Positions 39,740-50,184 of a stretch of 64,000 nucleotides of DNA are shown here, in pieces. How positions within the stretch are numbered: position 1 is the stretch's first letter; each line of letters starts with the position of its first letter. The notes beneath the pieces were generated by a model. That model saw only the letters and a program-made list of their open reading frames with translations, was not told where the DNA came from and did no database searches. This DNA comes from Bacteroidota bacterium (GTDB lineage Bacteria; Bacteroidota; Bacteroidia; Bacteroidales; PUMT01), in assembly GCA_003554865.1 (NCBI GenBank), contig PWHJ01000221.1, positions 6,594 to 70,593 on the forward strand. The letters are read 5' to 3'. Both the position numbers and the translations under genes were made by a program.

Positions 39740-40342
39740 ATGGGTTTCAAAAAACTATTAATTATGAAAACAACATTCGGACCTCAAAAGATTATGTTCC
39801 CTTGTCCTGCTGCTCTGGTGGTAACAGGCAATATGGACAAGGCCAATATTGCAACCATAGCATGGGTAAGCCTTCTTACCAGCTCCCCGCCCACCCTGGG
39901 TGTTTCGATAGGCCAAAAGGGTTTCACTAGCAACGAGATAAAAAAGAACGGTCACTTCACGGTCAACATACCTACGGTTGAGATCATGAAGGAGGCTGAT
40001 TTTTGTGGTATAACCTCAGGCAGGGATATTGACAAGTTCACTGAAACAGGCCTTACTAAAATGTCTTCAAATATAGTAGACTCGCCCATTATAAAAGAAT
40101 GCCCCCTGAATCTTGAGTGCACACTTGAGCAATCAAACGTTTTCGGGCAAACCAACCATTTTGCAGGCAGGATCGTGGAAACTCACATTGACACCGGAAA
40201 GTTGAAAGATACAGGCGATTATACCTCTTTTGACACCGAAGCCATGAATCCCCTCATTTACATAGGAGGGGCAAGGGAGTACCGAAAAATAGGAGAAAAA
40301 ACCGGAGACGCATACAGTATCGGAAAAAGTCTTAAAAAGTAA
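39740..40342 (+). CDS. Flavin reductase-like (FMN-binding split-barrel) protein
   Basis: FPCPAALVVTGNMDKANIATIAWVSLLTSSPPTLGVSIGQKGFTSNEIKKNGHFTVNIP is typical of the family. An alternative start is ATG 39764. Confidence 0.8.
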   Translation: MGFKKLLIMKTTFGPQKIMFPCPAALVVTGNMDKANIATIAWVSLLTSSPPTLGVSIGQKGFTSNEIKKNGHFTVNIPTVEIMKEADFCGITSGRDIDKFTETGLTKMSSNIVDSPIIKECPLNLECTLEQSNVFGQTNHFAGRIVETHIDTGKLKDTGDYTSFDTEAMNPLIYIGGAREYRKIGEKTGDAYSIGKSLKK

Positions 40343-40413
40343 CGCCCCGGTAAATATGGCGGCATCAGAAAATAAATTTTAAGGGGGCAAAAACTTCACG
40401 GTGAGCTCCCTTA

Positions 40414-41571
40414 TTATTTTTCCTCAGCAACTATCTTTCCCTCGGAAGCAAATACTGACCCTGGCTTTGTTCGCAAATTAAAATCCATATTCATCGATTC
40501 GGCATAAGCCCCGCAAGAGAGTATGTGCACCAGGTCGCCCCTTGAGGTGCGCGGAAGCAGAACATCCCGTGCGAAAACATCACTGGATTCGCAAACAGGT
40601 CCAACCACATCATACCTTTCCAAAGAAGCCGAAGAGCTAACATTGACAATTCTGTGCATGGCACCATATAGAGCCGGCCTTATCAGCTCGGTCATTCCGG
40701 CATCTATTATGACAAATTTTTTGCCCACACCCTGTTTTGTGTAAAGAACCCTGGTTACGATCCTTCCGCACTGGCCAACCAGGCTTCGTCCGAGCTCAAA
40801 GTGGACACTGGTTCGGGAGGGAAGGTCAAGGTTATCGGCAAACAAAGCAAAAAAAGATTTGAAATCGGGAATAGGGTTGTTTTCAGGTTCACAGTAGTCT
40901 ATACCTAAACCTCCTCCCAGGTTCAACATATCCCCCCCATAACCGGGAATATCAAACTCTCTCCATATTTGGTTCACCTTCTTGCAGAGGTTCCGGTAAG
41001 GCTCAAGGGAAATTATCTGGGAGCCAATATGAAAATGAAGTCCTGCAAAATCAAGACCGGGAGAATTTTTGCAATAATCAAGAGCATTTTTCAAATGTGG
41101 TAATCCAACACCAAATTTATTCTCGTCCTTTCCGGTAGTTATATAGCTGTGAGTATTCGCTTCAAGTGCCGGGTTTACCCTCAGTGCCACACTCACCCGT
41201 CTGTTTACTTCCCTTGCTTTTTCGGCTACAACCTCAAGCTCTTCAAGTGACTCACAATTAAGGCAAAAAATTTCATTCTCTATTGCCAGCTTTATCTCTT
41301 CGTCGGTTTTGCCCACTCCTGCAAATACGATACCTTCAGGATGGTACTTCCAATCAAGCACCCGTCGTATCTCATTACCGCTTACGCAATCGGCTCCAAA
41401 TCCATAATCCTTTATTTTACCGGCTATAACATCATTGTTGTTGGCTTTCACTGCATAATGAAGCCTGTATCCGTATTTTCGGGCTTCACCGGCGGCAAGG
41501 GCAAGCGTTCTACTAAGAATATCAAGATCATAAAAGTAGACCGGAGTTTTAATACCTGAAAAATCTATCAT
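40414..41571 (-). CDS. lysA: Diaminopimelate decarboxylase
   Basis: PLP lysine context HYAVKANNN, GGGLGIDY, CESSDVF. Overlaps lysC by 4 nt (ATGA). Confidence 0.9.
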   Translation of the reverse strand: MIDFSGIKTPVYFYDLDILSRTLALAAGEARKYGYRLHYAVKANNNDVIAGKIKDYGFGADCVSGNEIRRVLDWKYHPEGIVFAGVGKTDEEIKLAIENEIFCLNCESLEELEVVAEKAREVNRRVSVALRVNPALEANTHSYITTGKDENKFGVGLPHLKNALDYCKNSPGLDFAGLHFHIGSQIISLEPYRNLCKKVNQIWREFDIPGYGGDMLNLGGGLGIDYCEPENNPIPDFKSFFALFADNLDLPSRTSVHFELGRSLVGQCGRIVTRVLYTKQGVGKKFVIIDAGMTELIRPALYGAMHRIVNVSSSASLERYDVVGPVCESSDVFARDVLLPRTSRGDLVHILSCGAYAESMNMDFNLRTKPGSVFASEGKIVAEEK

Positions 41572-42887
41572 AAATGCCGGATTTTAAAAAGTAACCTGTT
41601 TAGCGAACACAAAATTTCTTCTACTTCTTTTTCTGGCACAACAATGGTAATGTTATTCCTGCTTCCCCCGAAAGATACCATTTTTACACTGAACGATCTA
41701 AGGGAGTCCAGAATTTTAACCGCATACCCCTTGTGTTTTTCAAGTATGTCGCCAACTACACACACAATGGCAAGGTTCCTTTCGATCTTCACTTCACCGA
41801 GACTTTCCAGTTTGGATTTAATTGTTTCAAGCCACTTTTCATTATCAATAGTTACACTAACCGATACCTCTGAAGTGGTAACCACATCAACCGGTGTTTT
41901 GCATTTTTCAAATATCGCAAATATCCTGCTTAAAAACCCGTAAGTGTTCAGCATTCGTCCCGAAGCAACCCTTATTGCGGTGACCCCCCTTTTAGCTGAA
42001 ACGCCCTTCACCCCTCCGTCCACAGATTCACGGCACAGTAGCGTTCCGGGTGCACGTGGACTGGAGGTTTTTTTTATATGAACCGGAATATTATATTTTT
42101 TTGCCGGCCAGACAGATGCAGGATGAAGTATCTTTGCACCGAAATATGCAAGCTCTGAAGCCTCCTGAAATGAAAGTTTGCGTATGGGATATGTTCTGTA
42201 AACTATGCCGGGATCATTGTTCCTTATTCCGTCAATATCAGTCCATATCTCAATTTTTTGGGCAGAAAGCGCAGCACCGGCTATAGTAGCGGTATAATCG
42301 CTCCCGCCTCTTCCAAGATTGGAAGGATTGCCGTTATGATCAAGACATATGAACCCCTGAGTCAGATACCTTCCTGAAAGAGGGAAGCCGGTCATCCCAA
42401 ACAAGCGCGATCTCACATCACTGATTACAGGCTCACCATCAGCTCCCGCATAAAGGAAATCAAAAGCATTCAGCAATTTTACCGGTACTTGCTGTGAGTT
42501 AAGAAAAAAAGCTAAAATCTCCGATGTAATGAACTCCCCCTGGGCAATAATAAAATTTTTATCAATTGATGTAAACTCCTTTTTTAAACAATCATAAACT
42601 GCATCAATGCGATCCTGGACAATTCTGAGAGCAGTTTCAACCACTCCCGGATCAAACAAGCCACTGCATATTTTTTCGAAATGCTCTCTTGTCTGCAGGC
42701 AAATTAAACGGGCCTTCTCCCTATCATCATTCTCAAAAGCTATAGCAATATCCGCAAGCATATCGGTAACACCACCCACAGCAGAGCAAACCACAAAGCA
42801 TGAATCATTTTGCTCTATCAGGGATGCCGCTTTTTTTATCATTTCAGCATTACCCAGGGAAGTGCCGCCGAATTTCATTACCATCAT
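41568..42887 (-). CDS. lysC: Aspartate kinase
   Basis: MKFGGTSLG, GRGGSDYTA, C-terminal ACT pair (LAIVCVVGD...). Confidence 0.9.
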   Translation of the reverse strand: MMVMKFGGTSLGNAEMIKKAASLIEQNDSCFVVCSAVGGVTDMLADIAIAFENDDREKARLICLQTREHFEKICSGLFDPGVVETALRIVQDRIDAVYDCLKKEFTSIDKNFIIAQGEFITSEILAFFLNSQQVPVKLLNAFDFLYAGADGEPVISDVRSRLFGMTGFPLSGRYLTQGFICLDHNGNPSNLGRGGSDYTATIAGAALSAQKIEIWTDIDGIRNNDPGIVYRTYPIRKLSFQEASELAYFGAKILHPASVWPAKKYNIPVHIKKTSSPRAPGTLLCRESVDGGVKGVSAKRGVTAIRVASGRMLNTYGFLSRIFAIFEKCKTPVDVVTTSEVSVSVTIDNEKWLETIKSKLESLGEVKIERNLAIVCVVGDILEKHKGYAVKILDSLRSFSVKMVSFGGSRNNITIVVPEKEVEEILCSLNRLLFKIRHL

Positions 42888-42963
42888 ATCAACTTTTTAG
42901 TGCAAAAAAAATTAATTTAAAATAGAGCAATAATATTTTTTTAATATTTTTACATTTTCACAA

Positions 42964-42989
42964 CAAATTGTTAAAAATTTAACAATTTG
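42964..42989. promoter_or_regulatory. 26-bp palindrome CAAATTGTTAAA-AA-TTTAACAATTTG in the divergent lysC / ACT-protein spacer
   Basis: 12-bp perfect arms at 42964-42975 and 42978-42989. It ends 16 nt before the ATG at 43005 and lies 77 nt from the lysC start. Confidence 0.45.
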
Positions 42990-43004
42990 AATTATCATTG
43001 GAAA

Positions 43005-43667
43005 ATGACTGTTACCGAAGTAGTTGACAAGCTAATATCCCGTTCGCCATTTTTGGAAGAGGCAATTCACGACAACATTGTAAATGTTTCCTCCCTTGCG
43101 CGCAAATTAAAGCCCGAGGCAGAAAAAATCCTTAATAAACAGGTCAATACAAGTGCAATTGTCATGGCTATAAACAGGAGGCCTGCCGGCAGATATATAA
43201 AATTAAGCCATCAGATCGGGAAAATTTTGAAAAACCTGGGTGACATAACAGTTCGTTCCGGCTTAAGCGGACACAGTTTTGAAAATTCCCCCACCCTTGT
43301 CACATGTCAGCGCAACCTTATGGATGAGGCGGGTAAAAGGAAAAATACTTTTTTTGCCTTTTCGCAAGGTGTAACCGAAACAACATTAGTTATAAGCAAC
43401 ACACTCGATCATAAAACCAAGAGACTGTTTAAAGGGGAAAGAAAACTTTCATACAACCCCGGCCTTGGTTCTGTCACAATTCAACTTCCGGGAGAAAACA
43501 CAAAAATTTCAGGCATTTATTATTTTATACTCAAAAACCTTGCATGGGAAGGAATAAACATAAGAGAAATTATTTCGGCAACAAATGAGCTAAATATAGT
43601 GGTTGATGAAACAGACACGGAAAAGGCTTTCCCTGTAATACTTAACCTGAAAAGACCCCCAAGGTGA
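43005..43667 (+). CDS. Hypothetical protein with ACT-like C-terminal domain (possible amino-acid-sensing regulator)
   Basis: C-terminus GIYYFILKNLAWEGINIREIISATNELNIVVDETDTEKAF resembles the aspartate-kinase ACT fold. The N-terminus (VVDKLISRSPFLEEAIHDNIVNVSSLARKL) is HTH-like. ATG at 43005 is preferred to TTG at 42987. Confidence 0.5.
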   Translation: MTVTEVVDKLISRSPFLEEAIHDNIVNVSSLARKLKPEAEKILNKQVNTSAIVMAINRRPAGRYIKLSHQIGKILKNLGDITVRSGLSGHSFENSPTLVTCQRNLMDEAGKRKNTFFAFSQGVTETTLVISNTLDHKTKRLFKGERKLSYNPGLGSVTIQLPGENTKISGIYYFILKNLAWEGINIREIISATNELNIVVDETDTEKAFPVILNLKRPPR

Positions 43668-44004
43668 AAATCCTCTAATAACCATCATGCCGGGCGAAGC
43701 CTGCAGCAGACAACCTCAGCCACTTTTTACAGGGACAAATAATACAGACAAACAATGGATAAAAACTTTTACCAGACATCAGCTGATTGATACTGATGCG
43801 CAAAACAGGTTGTACGCATGCGTACAGCCCCTGTAATGTAAGCGAACATAATATACCTTTCACAGGATTGCAACCAAAATTGATACAAAGCTCATTATTA
43901 AAGCTTTGCATTTTTTGGTTCAATGTTTGATCTTCAGGTTAATAAACGAAAAGGCAGGAATCCGGGATTCCATCCGATTATTAAATATAAAATTATTGAC
44001 AGAA

Positions 44005-46419
44005 ATGTTTAAAAATTACATTACAATTGCATGCCGCAATCTTTTGAGAAAAAAAGGATATTCACTGATCAACATTTCAGGTTTGACAATAGGCATTGCA
44101 AGCTGTATCCTCATTGTGCTTTTCGTATCCAGCGAACTCAGCTATGACCGCTACCATGAAAAATCGGACCGGATTTACCGTGTCGGAATCGAAGCGCTTT
44201 TTGGCGACAATCATATTTTTTCAGCCGTCACATCAGGTGCCATGAAAGATGGCCTCGAATATGAATTCAGCGAGGTAGAACAGGCGTGCAGGCTGTATTA
44301 TGCAACCAACCCGGTGGTAATTACACAGGAGGATAGTTTTCCCGAGGATAACTTTTTCTTTGCCGATTCAAATTTCTTTGACGTTTTCACCGTGCCGCTT
44401 ATTTCAGGCAATCCTTCAACTGTGCTTAACAGGCCAAACACTGTTGTTATAACAAAAGAAACGGCGGAAAAGTATTTCGGTGATGTAAACCCGGTTGGCA
44501 AAACGATCAGTTTTAACGAACAATACGAAATGGAAATAACCGGTATTTCTGAAAACATGCCAGCTAACTCCCATTTTCGCTACGATTTTCTGGGCTCTCT
44601 TGAAACATTGAGACCAGATCATCAGCAATACTGGGAAAACTGGACAAGCAACAGCCTCTATACCTATTTTGTCCTGAACCAGAACACCGGTAAAGATGCT
44701 TTCAGCGAAAGACTCCAGGAACTTGTCTACAATTATGTTGCCCCGGAGGTGGAAAGGACTATGGGAGTTGATATAAATTCATTCGAGGCCGAAGGCGGGG
44801 TTTACAAATTCTACATGGAACCTCTTACAGATATTCACCTTCACTCCGATTCTGACAACCAGCTAAGTGCCGGAGGCAGTGTGACAACTCTCTATTTTTT
44901 TTCCATAATAGCAGTTTTAATCCTGCTTATAGCTTGCATAAACTTTATGAACCTGGCAACAGCACGTTACACAAACAGGGCAAAAGAAGTAGGTGTGAGA
45001 AAGACTCTGGGAGGAAGCAAGAAGCAACTTATAATGCAATTCCTCACCGAATCGGTCCTTGTCAGCCTGATCGCCGTAATACTTGCAACAGCACTGGTTG
45101 AGCTTTCCCTCCCCTTTTTCAACAATATAACTTCAAAAAGTTTTGAGCTGAATTACATAAACAACTGGTTCATCCTCCCCGCGCTGATATTACTGGGACT
45201 ATTTACAGGAGTACTTGCAGGGAGCTACCCGGCTTTTTTCCTTTCGTCTTTCAAAACGGTCAATATTTTAAAGGGAGTAACAGACAGCGGGACAGGAAGC
45301 AATAAATTAAGGAAAATACTTGTAGTAGCTCAGTTTTCCATTACCATTGCCTTACTGGCAGCCACCTTCCTGGTTTTCAGGCAGCTCGACTATTGGCAAT
45401 CACAAGATCCCGGCTACGAAAGCGAGGGAATTGTTGTTTTACAACGCACGCATATACTCGAAGAGAGACAAAATGCTTTCAGGGAGGAACTTCTCAAAAA
45501 CGAAGGTATTGTTAACGGCAGCTTTTGCAGTGCATTGCCCAGCTACAATTTATCCGGCACCTCCCTGCACAAACAGGGCAGCTCCGCGGAAAACCTTGTT
45601 CAAACCTCTCTTGTATGGGCAGACGAACATTACCTGGAAACCATGGGGTTGGAGCTTTCAGAAGGAAGGTTTTTCTCTTCCGAGTATGGCACTGATAATG
45701 AATCAGTTGTCATAAATGAAGCTTTGGTAAGAACCATGGGCATAGAGGATCCCACACAAAACAACATCGTCTTTCCCCATCTAAACCTGGTAAGTCCGGT
45801 TGCCGGGGTAATTAAAGATTCCAATTTTGAATCTATGCACCGCAATATAAGGCCGATGACAATTCAAAAGCTGGAAAACCAGGGTTGGTACATGGCAATT
45901 AAAATAAACCATTACAACATACCCTCGGTTATAGGATCAATAGAGCAAACCTGGAATGAGTTTACAGTTGATGCTCCTTTTATATGGACATTTCTGGAAG
46001 ATGATATTATGGCTCAGTACAACAATGAGGTAAGAACAAAGAATATATTCTCCATATTCTCGATGCTGGCAATTTTCATAGCTTGCCTTGGACTGCTTGG
46101 CATGGCATCTTTTACAACCGAAAAACGAACAAAAGAGATAGGAGTAAGAAAAGCTATGGGGGCATCTTCCGGATCGATAATAATACTTTTATCAAAGGAG
46201 ATTAACCTGCTGATCTTTATAGCAACACTGATCGGGTGGCCCGTTGCATGGTATTTTATGGACGGCTGGCTTAACAATTTTGCCTACAGGATAGACCTCC
46301 CGCCCTCAATCTTCATTGCCGCATCGGTGCTGACTTACACAATAGCACTTGCAACTGTGGGACTACAGTCTTACAGGGCCGCACAGCTCAACCCTGTAGA
46401 CACACTCCGTAATGAATAG
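44005..46419 (+). CDS. ABC transporter permease, FtsX/MacB-like with duplicated FtsX domains
   Basis: MFKNYITIACRNLLRKKGYSLINISGLTIGIA N-terminus and two FtsX four-helix bundles (…RAKEVGVRKTLGG…, …RTKEIGVRKAMGA…). ATG at 44005 is preferred to the upstream start at 43906. Confidence 0.9.
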   Translation: MFKNYITIACRNLLRKKGYSLINISGLTIGIASCILIVLFVSSELSYDRYHEKSDRIYRVGIEALFGDNHIFSAVTSGAMKDGLEYEFSEVEQACRLYYATNPVVITQEDSFPEDNFFFADSNFFDVFTVPLISGNPSTVLNRPNTVVITKETAEKYFGDVNPVGKTISFNEQYEMEITGISENMPANSHFRYDFLGSLETLRPDHQQYWENWTSNSLYTYFVLNQNTGKDAFSERLQELVYNYVAPEVERTMGVDINSFEAEGGVYKFYMEPLTDIHLHSDSDNQLSAGGSVTTLYFFSIIAVLILLIACINFMNLATARYTNRAKEVGVRKTLGGSKKQLIMQFLTESVLVSLIAVILATALVELSLPFFNNITSKSFELNYINNWFILPALILLGLFTGVLAGSYPAFFLSSFKTVNILKGVTDSGTGSNKLRKILVVAQFSITIALLAATFLVFRQLDYWQSQDPGYESEGIVVLQRTHILEERQNAFREELLKNEGIVNGSFCSALPSYNLSGTSLHKQGSSAENLVQTSLVWADEHYLETMGLELSEGRFFSSEYGTDNESVVINEALVRTMGIEDPTQNNIVFPHLNLVSPVAGVIKDSNFESMHRNIRPMTIQKLENQGWYMAIKINHYNIPSVIGSIEQTWNEFTVDAPFIWTFLEDDIMAQYNNEVRTKNIFSIFSMLAIFIACLGLLGMASFTTEKRTKEIGVRKAMGASSGSIIILLSKEINLLIFIATLIGWPVAWYFMDGWLNNFAYRIDLPPSIFIAASVLTYTIALATVGLQSYRAAQLNPVDTLRNE

Positions 46420-46561
46420 AAAAACCAGCAATCAATTATACTCATTGTATCTTCATCAAAGGTCAATTACTCATACCCCGGGCGGAACCGGACGGGTTTG
46501 TTAAAAGAGCAGCCTGGTTTAAGCTTCACTTGAATGATTTATTTTCAGGAAGCTGTGTCTG

Positions 46562-47815
46562 CTAAGAACCGGCGTTTCGAATCTTTATAGGCTGGCGTTT
46601 CATATAAGTCAGACTTCGCCAAACCCATTCAAAAGGTCCGTATCTGAAATATCTGAGCCATACATTGCTCAGCAAAACCTGTGCGGCGAATATAACAATC
46701 GTAAGAAGCACCCCCTGGAAAACATTAATCTCTCCAAACAGTCCAAAACCGTAAGGCAAAAAGAGTGTGGTGCAGATCAGCGAATGAAGAAGGTAGTTTG
46801 TAAGTGCCATGCGGCCAACAGGTGCCAGGTACCTGCCAATAATACTGATTTTGCCTTTATCATAAAGCAATACAATGGCAGAAACATAAAAAAGGCAAAG
46901 TAAAACTCCGCCCACTATGTGAAATGTGCTTGAAATGAACGTCCATATATCGGGTACAACCAATTCGGCTGTAAAATGTGACCATGTATATATTACATTG
47001 CTTAATATTCCACCTACAAGGCCCACCCACAAAGACTTTCGGAAAAAAGGCAGATTACTTCTGTAATCCTCGATTATACGTTTTCGCCCGCCCCAGACTC
47101 CTGCTATGAACATTGCCAGAACCATAGGATAAAAAAAGAAAATCCCCGGAAGCATAATAAAGTATTCCTGCAGCCGCAGCGAAACTATTTCGGAAAAGCT
47201 CCCCCGGCCGTAAATTTCATACGCCTTATCTATAAAAGAAAACAGAAACTGCTTCTCCTCTTTTATACTTGCTTCATACATTTCCTTAGACTCGGGGTGC
47301 ACTGAAGCCAATTCAGGTATAAGAACCGTAAAAACGGTAAAAACAATAGGAAGCAACAGGAAAAATGCAGACCATTTCAAAAGGGTGGTATCGCTTTTTC
47401 TCCTGAAAAGTATCAGAAGAAATCCGAAAAGAGCATAGAAAACGAGTATGTCGCCGGGCCACAAAAGCACCACATGCAAAATCCCAATCATCAAAAGTAT
47501 CAGCATACGTCGCCTGAAAACCGGAATTATGCTCCCGCCACCGGCAGTTCTTTTATTAATGAACATCCAGAAGCCGTAACCGAACAGAAAGGAAAACAAC
47601 ACATAAAACTTCCCCTCGAAAAAGAATTTTATGATAGCTTGCGAGCCAATATTCACAAAGGATTCCGCACCGGTATATCCTGCAAGCATAACGGTCATCG
47701 GCCTGTAGAAGATCTGCATATTTACCATAAGGATGCCGAAAATGGCAAGTCCCCTTAATATGTCAAGAAGGTCAATACGATAGGAGGTGGGAGCGGCAGA
47801 AATATTTGAATGCAT
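46562..47815 (-). CDS. DUF418/YeiB-like membrane protein
   Basis: RIDLLDILRGLAIFGILMVNM N-terminal signature, about 10 TM helices, C-terminal RYGPFEWVWRSLTY. Confidence 0.75.
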   Translation of the reverse strand: MHSNISAAPTSYRIDLLDILRGLAIFGILMVNMQIFYRPMTVMLAGYTGAESFVNIGSQAIIKFFFEGKFYVLFSFLFGYGFWMFINKRTAGGGSIIPVFRRRMLILLMIGILHVVLLWPGDILVFYALFGFLLILFRRKSDTTLLKWSAFFLLLPIVFTVFTVLIPELASVHPESKEMYEASIKEEKQFLFSFIDKAYEIYGRGSFSEIVSLRLQEYFIMLPGIFFFYPMVLAMFIAGVWGGRKRIIEDYRSNLPFFRKSLWVGLVGGILSNVIYTWSHFTAELVVPDIWTFISSTFHIVGGVLLCLFYVSAIVLLYDKGKISIIGRYLAPVGRMALTNYLLHSLICTTLFLPYGFGLFGEINVFQGVLLTIVIFAAQVLLSNVWLRYFRYGPFEWVWRSLTYMKRQPIKIRNAGS

Positions 47816-47907
47816 TATAAATAATACTGTTTTTTCAGCTCTTTTTTAAAACTCCCGGAATTTTTAGTGTTAAGTTTATAACACCCGGGGTAAATTACTG
47901 AATTTTA

Positions 47908-48870
47908 TCACTGTTTGTTAAAATCCGGGCGCGGGAGCAAGCCGGCCTCCTCGGCAATACCCGGTACACTTTTTTCACCTCCGATAGCCATCAGGTGTAC
48001 CCCATGGACACCTTCCATCTTTTTCAACTCAGCTATTTGCTCAAGTGCAATCTGTCTTCCTTCCGCCTTTTGATCTTCAGCCTCTTCCATCCTTTTTACT
48101 ATATCTTCGGTGAAAGATATCCCCGAGACGTTATCCTTCATATATTTTGCCATTTTTGCAGATTTCAGGGGGGTCACTCCGGCCAGGATATAAACTTTTT
48201 TATGAAGTCCCCTTTCCCTTACCTCCTCCATCCACCGGCTGAACCTCTCCATATTATATATAACCTGAGTCTGGATAAAATCGGCCCCTGCATTAATTTT
48301 CTTTTCCAGTCGCATAACCCTGAAATCCAGAGGTTCTGCAAAAGGATTCGCCGCGGCACCGATGAATATTTTAGGCTCCACGACAGGGCCTTTTTTGCCG
48401 TTCCTTATCATGTCACCGCATTCAAATTGCTGCTGCTCCCTCATTTTATAAAGCATATTGATAAGCTGCACCGAATCAATGTCAAAAACATTTTTAGCGG
48501 CAGGGTGATTGCCAAACGACTGATGGTCTCCGGAAAGGCATAATATATTCTTTATGCCGAGGGCAGCGGCACCCAGCACATCACTCTGGATAGCAAGCCT
48601 GTTCCTGTCGCGTGTGGTAATCTGCACAACCGGCTCAAGTCCCTGTTCAAGACAAATAACTCCCGAAGCTATAGAAGAGAGGCGTGCAATGGCAGTTTGA
48701 TTATCGGTAATATTTGCTGCATCAACATATCCTTTCAGGTAGTTTGCCTTTTCTAAAATATTATTCCTGTCAGCGCTTTTTGGAGGGCCCAGCTCACCTG
48801 TCAAAGCAAACTCCCCCGATTGCAAAACCTGTTCAAGATTACTGTTTGAGCTAGTCTTGTTTTTGTCCAT
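47908..48870 (-). CDS. metF: Methylenetetrahydrofolate reductase, short anaerobe-type MetF
   Basis: TIM-barrel MTHFR-like blocks (FALTGELGPPK, ANITDNQTAIARLSS, QITTRDRN, CLSGDH). Last gene of the hdr-mvhD-metV-metF string. Confidence 0.8.
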   Translation of the reverse strand: MDKNKTSSNSNLEQVLQSGEFALTGELGPPKSADRNNILEKANYLKGYVDAANITDNQTAIARLSSIASGVICLEQGLEPVVQITTRDRNRLAIQSDVLGAAALGIKNILCLSGDHQSFGNHPAAKNVFDIDSVQLINMLYKMREQQQFECGDMIRNGKKGPVVEPKIFIGAAANPFAEPLDFRVMRLEKKINAGADFIQTQVIYNMERFSRWMEEVRERGLHKKVYILAGVTPLKSAKMAKYMKDNVSGISFTEDIVKRMEEAEDQKAEGRQIALEQIAELKKMEGVHGVHLMAIGGEKSVPGIAEEAGLLPRPDFNKQ

Positions 48871-48897
48871 ATATATTTTTGTCTCTTTTAAAATTGC

Positions 48898-49593
48898 TTA
48901 ATTATTCTCCTTTTCCTCATCAAACATCATATCTTCCCTTGCAACCCTTCTGGGACCGCCGTCCCTGGCAGTCGACCAGTTTTTTGCGGGTTTATACTCC
49001 ATTAATTTATCAAGCTTGTTAAGGCGCTTGAACCGGTCGTATATCAACTGTCCGCCACATTCAGTATTTTCCGGGTCAATTTCACACATACCGTGAGAAG
49101 ACCCTCCACATGGTCCGTTCATTAAACTTTTGGCACACCTGGCAATCGGGCATATGCCTTCATATTCATCCAGCACACATTCACCGCAGCCTGCACAACG
49201 TTCGGACCACAAGCCCTGGGAAATGTTGGCCCCGAAAAATTTGGTGTTTACACCCGGTCTGACGATAACATCAGGGAAAAGCTCAACAATATACTGCACA
49301 CCAACCCCGCATCCCAATGAAAGTACCATTTCGGCCCGGTTTATTTTTTCTGTCGCATCCTCGTCAAAAAACTCCCTGTCGCATTGGCGCGTTAGTGTCA
49401 GCTCTTCAATTTCAATATTCCGGTTCTCCTGTCTGGCAGCCAATTTAAGTTGTTTCGAAAGCACACCTGCTTCATTTTCCCCGCCTGCCATACAAACGGT
49501 CATACAAGTACCGCATCCCATAACCAGGATATTATTGTAATCCTTAACAAAATCAAAAATTTGCTGAAAAGGTTTTTGTTCTGAAACAATCAT
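48898..49593 (-). CDS. metV: MetV-type protein (MTHFR C-terminal-like Zn/Fe-S domain)
   Basis: CPIARCAKSLMNGPCGG signature plus further Cys clusters (GCGTCMTVCMAGG, CAGCGECV). Lies 27 nt upstream of metF. Confidence 0.75.
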   Translation of the reverse strand: MIVSEQKPFQQIFDFVKDYNNILVMGCGTCMTVCMAGGENEAGVLSKQLKLAARQENRNIEIEELTLTRQCDREFFDEDATEKINRAEMVLSLGCGVGVQYIVELFPDVIVRPGVNTKFFGANISQGLWSERCAGCGECVLDEYEGICPIARCAKSLMNGPCGGSSHGMCEIDPENTECGGQLIYDRFKRLNKLDKLMEYKPAKNWSTARDGGPRRVAREDMMFDEEKENN

Positions 49594-49625
49594 ATATATT
49601 CCTCCTTGTATTAGCAGTTAATTTT

Positions 49626-50111
49626 TTATTTGCAGCATTGACTTTTATCCTTCTTCCCTTTTCCTTGACCTGTGTCCTGATCCGGAACCTCACCTTTATC
49701 TGTTTCTGCCTCCTTGCTACCGTCAAGCTGCTTTATCTTATCTGTAAACTCCTGTGCAGATCTAGCAAAGAGGGGGCCTTCCGATGCCGGTATATAGTAC
49801 ATTTCAAGCCTTTCGGGGTTTATTCCCACCTCCTGAAGCTTCTCTTTTGCAAGAGTGACTCTTTTCACCGCCCTTGCATTTCCTTCAAGAAAATGGCAAC
49901 TACCGATCTCACAGCCCGCCACCATCACCCCGTCAGCTTCATCCACAAAAGCCTGCAGCAACATATTTACATGTACTTTACCGGTACACGGCAACCGGAC
50001 AATGTGAATATTAGTGGGATACTGCTGCCGCATTGTTCCGGCCAGATCGGCCGCCGTGAATGCACAATAATGACAACAAAAGGCTATTATTTTAGGTTCT
50101 CTTTCTTTCAT
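49626..50111 (-). CDS. mvhD: MvhD/FlpD-like (methyl-viologen-reducing hydrogenase delta subunit family) protein
   Basis: KIIAFCCHYCAFTAADLAG...VRLPCTGKV...GCEIGSCHF are the family's conserved Cys blocks. It has a Lys/Asp-rich C-terminal tail ending CCK. Confidence 0.85.
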   Translation of the reverse strand: MKEREPKIIAFCCHYCAFTAADLAGTMRQQYPTNIHIVRLPCTGKVHVNMLLQAFVDEADGVMVAGCEIGSCHFLEGNARAVKRVTLAKEKLQEVGINPERLEMYYIPASEGPLFARSAQEFTDKIKQLDGSKEAETDKGEVPDQDTGQGKGKKDKSQCCK

Positions 50112-50164
50112 TTCTTCTAATAGTGTTTAATTCCCAAAGCATCCTTTACCCGAAACCAATCATT

Positions 50165-50184
50165 TTTGCCGGAAGACCGGCAAA
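50165..50184 (-). other. Intra-operon 8-bp hairpin TTTGCCGG-aaga-CCGGCAAA between hdrA and mvhD
   Basis: Perfect inverted repeat inside the 113-nt hdrA-mvhD gap, which is the largest gap in the operon. There is no U-tract on the coding strand. Confidence 0.4.

Noticed and set aside
42888-43004. Lysine riboswitch upstream of lysC
   Set aside because: The spacer is only 117 nt and very AT-rich. It shows none of the multi-helix junction expected of the L-box; only the 26-bp DNA palindrome stands out.
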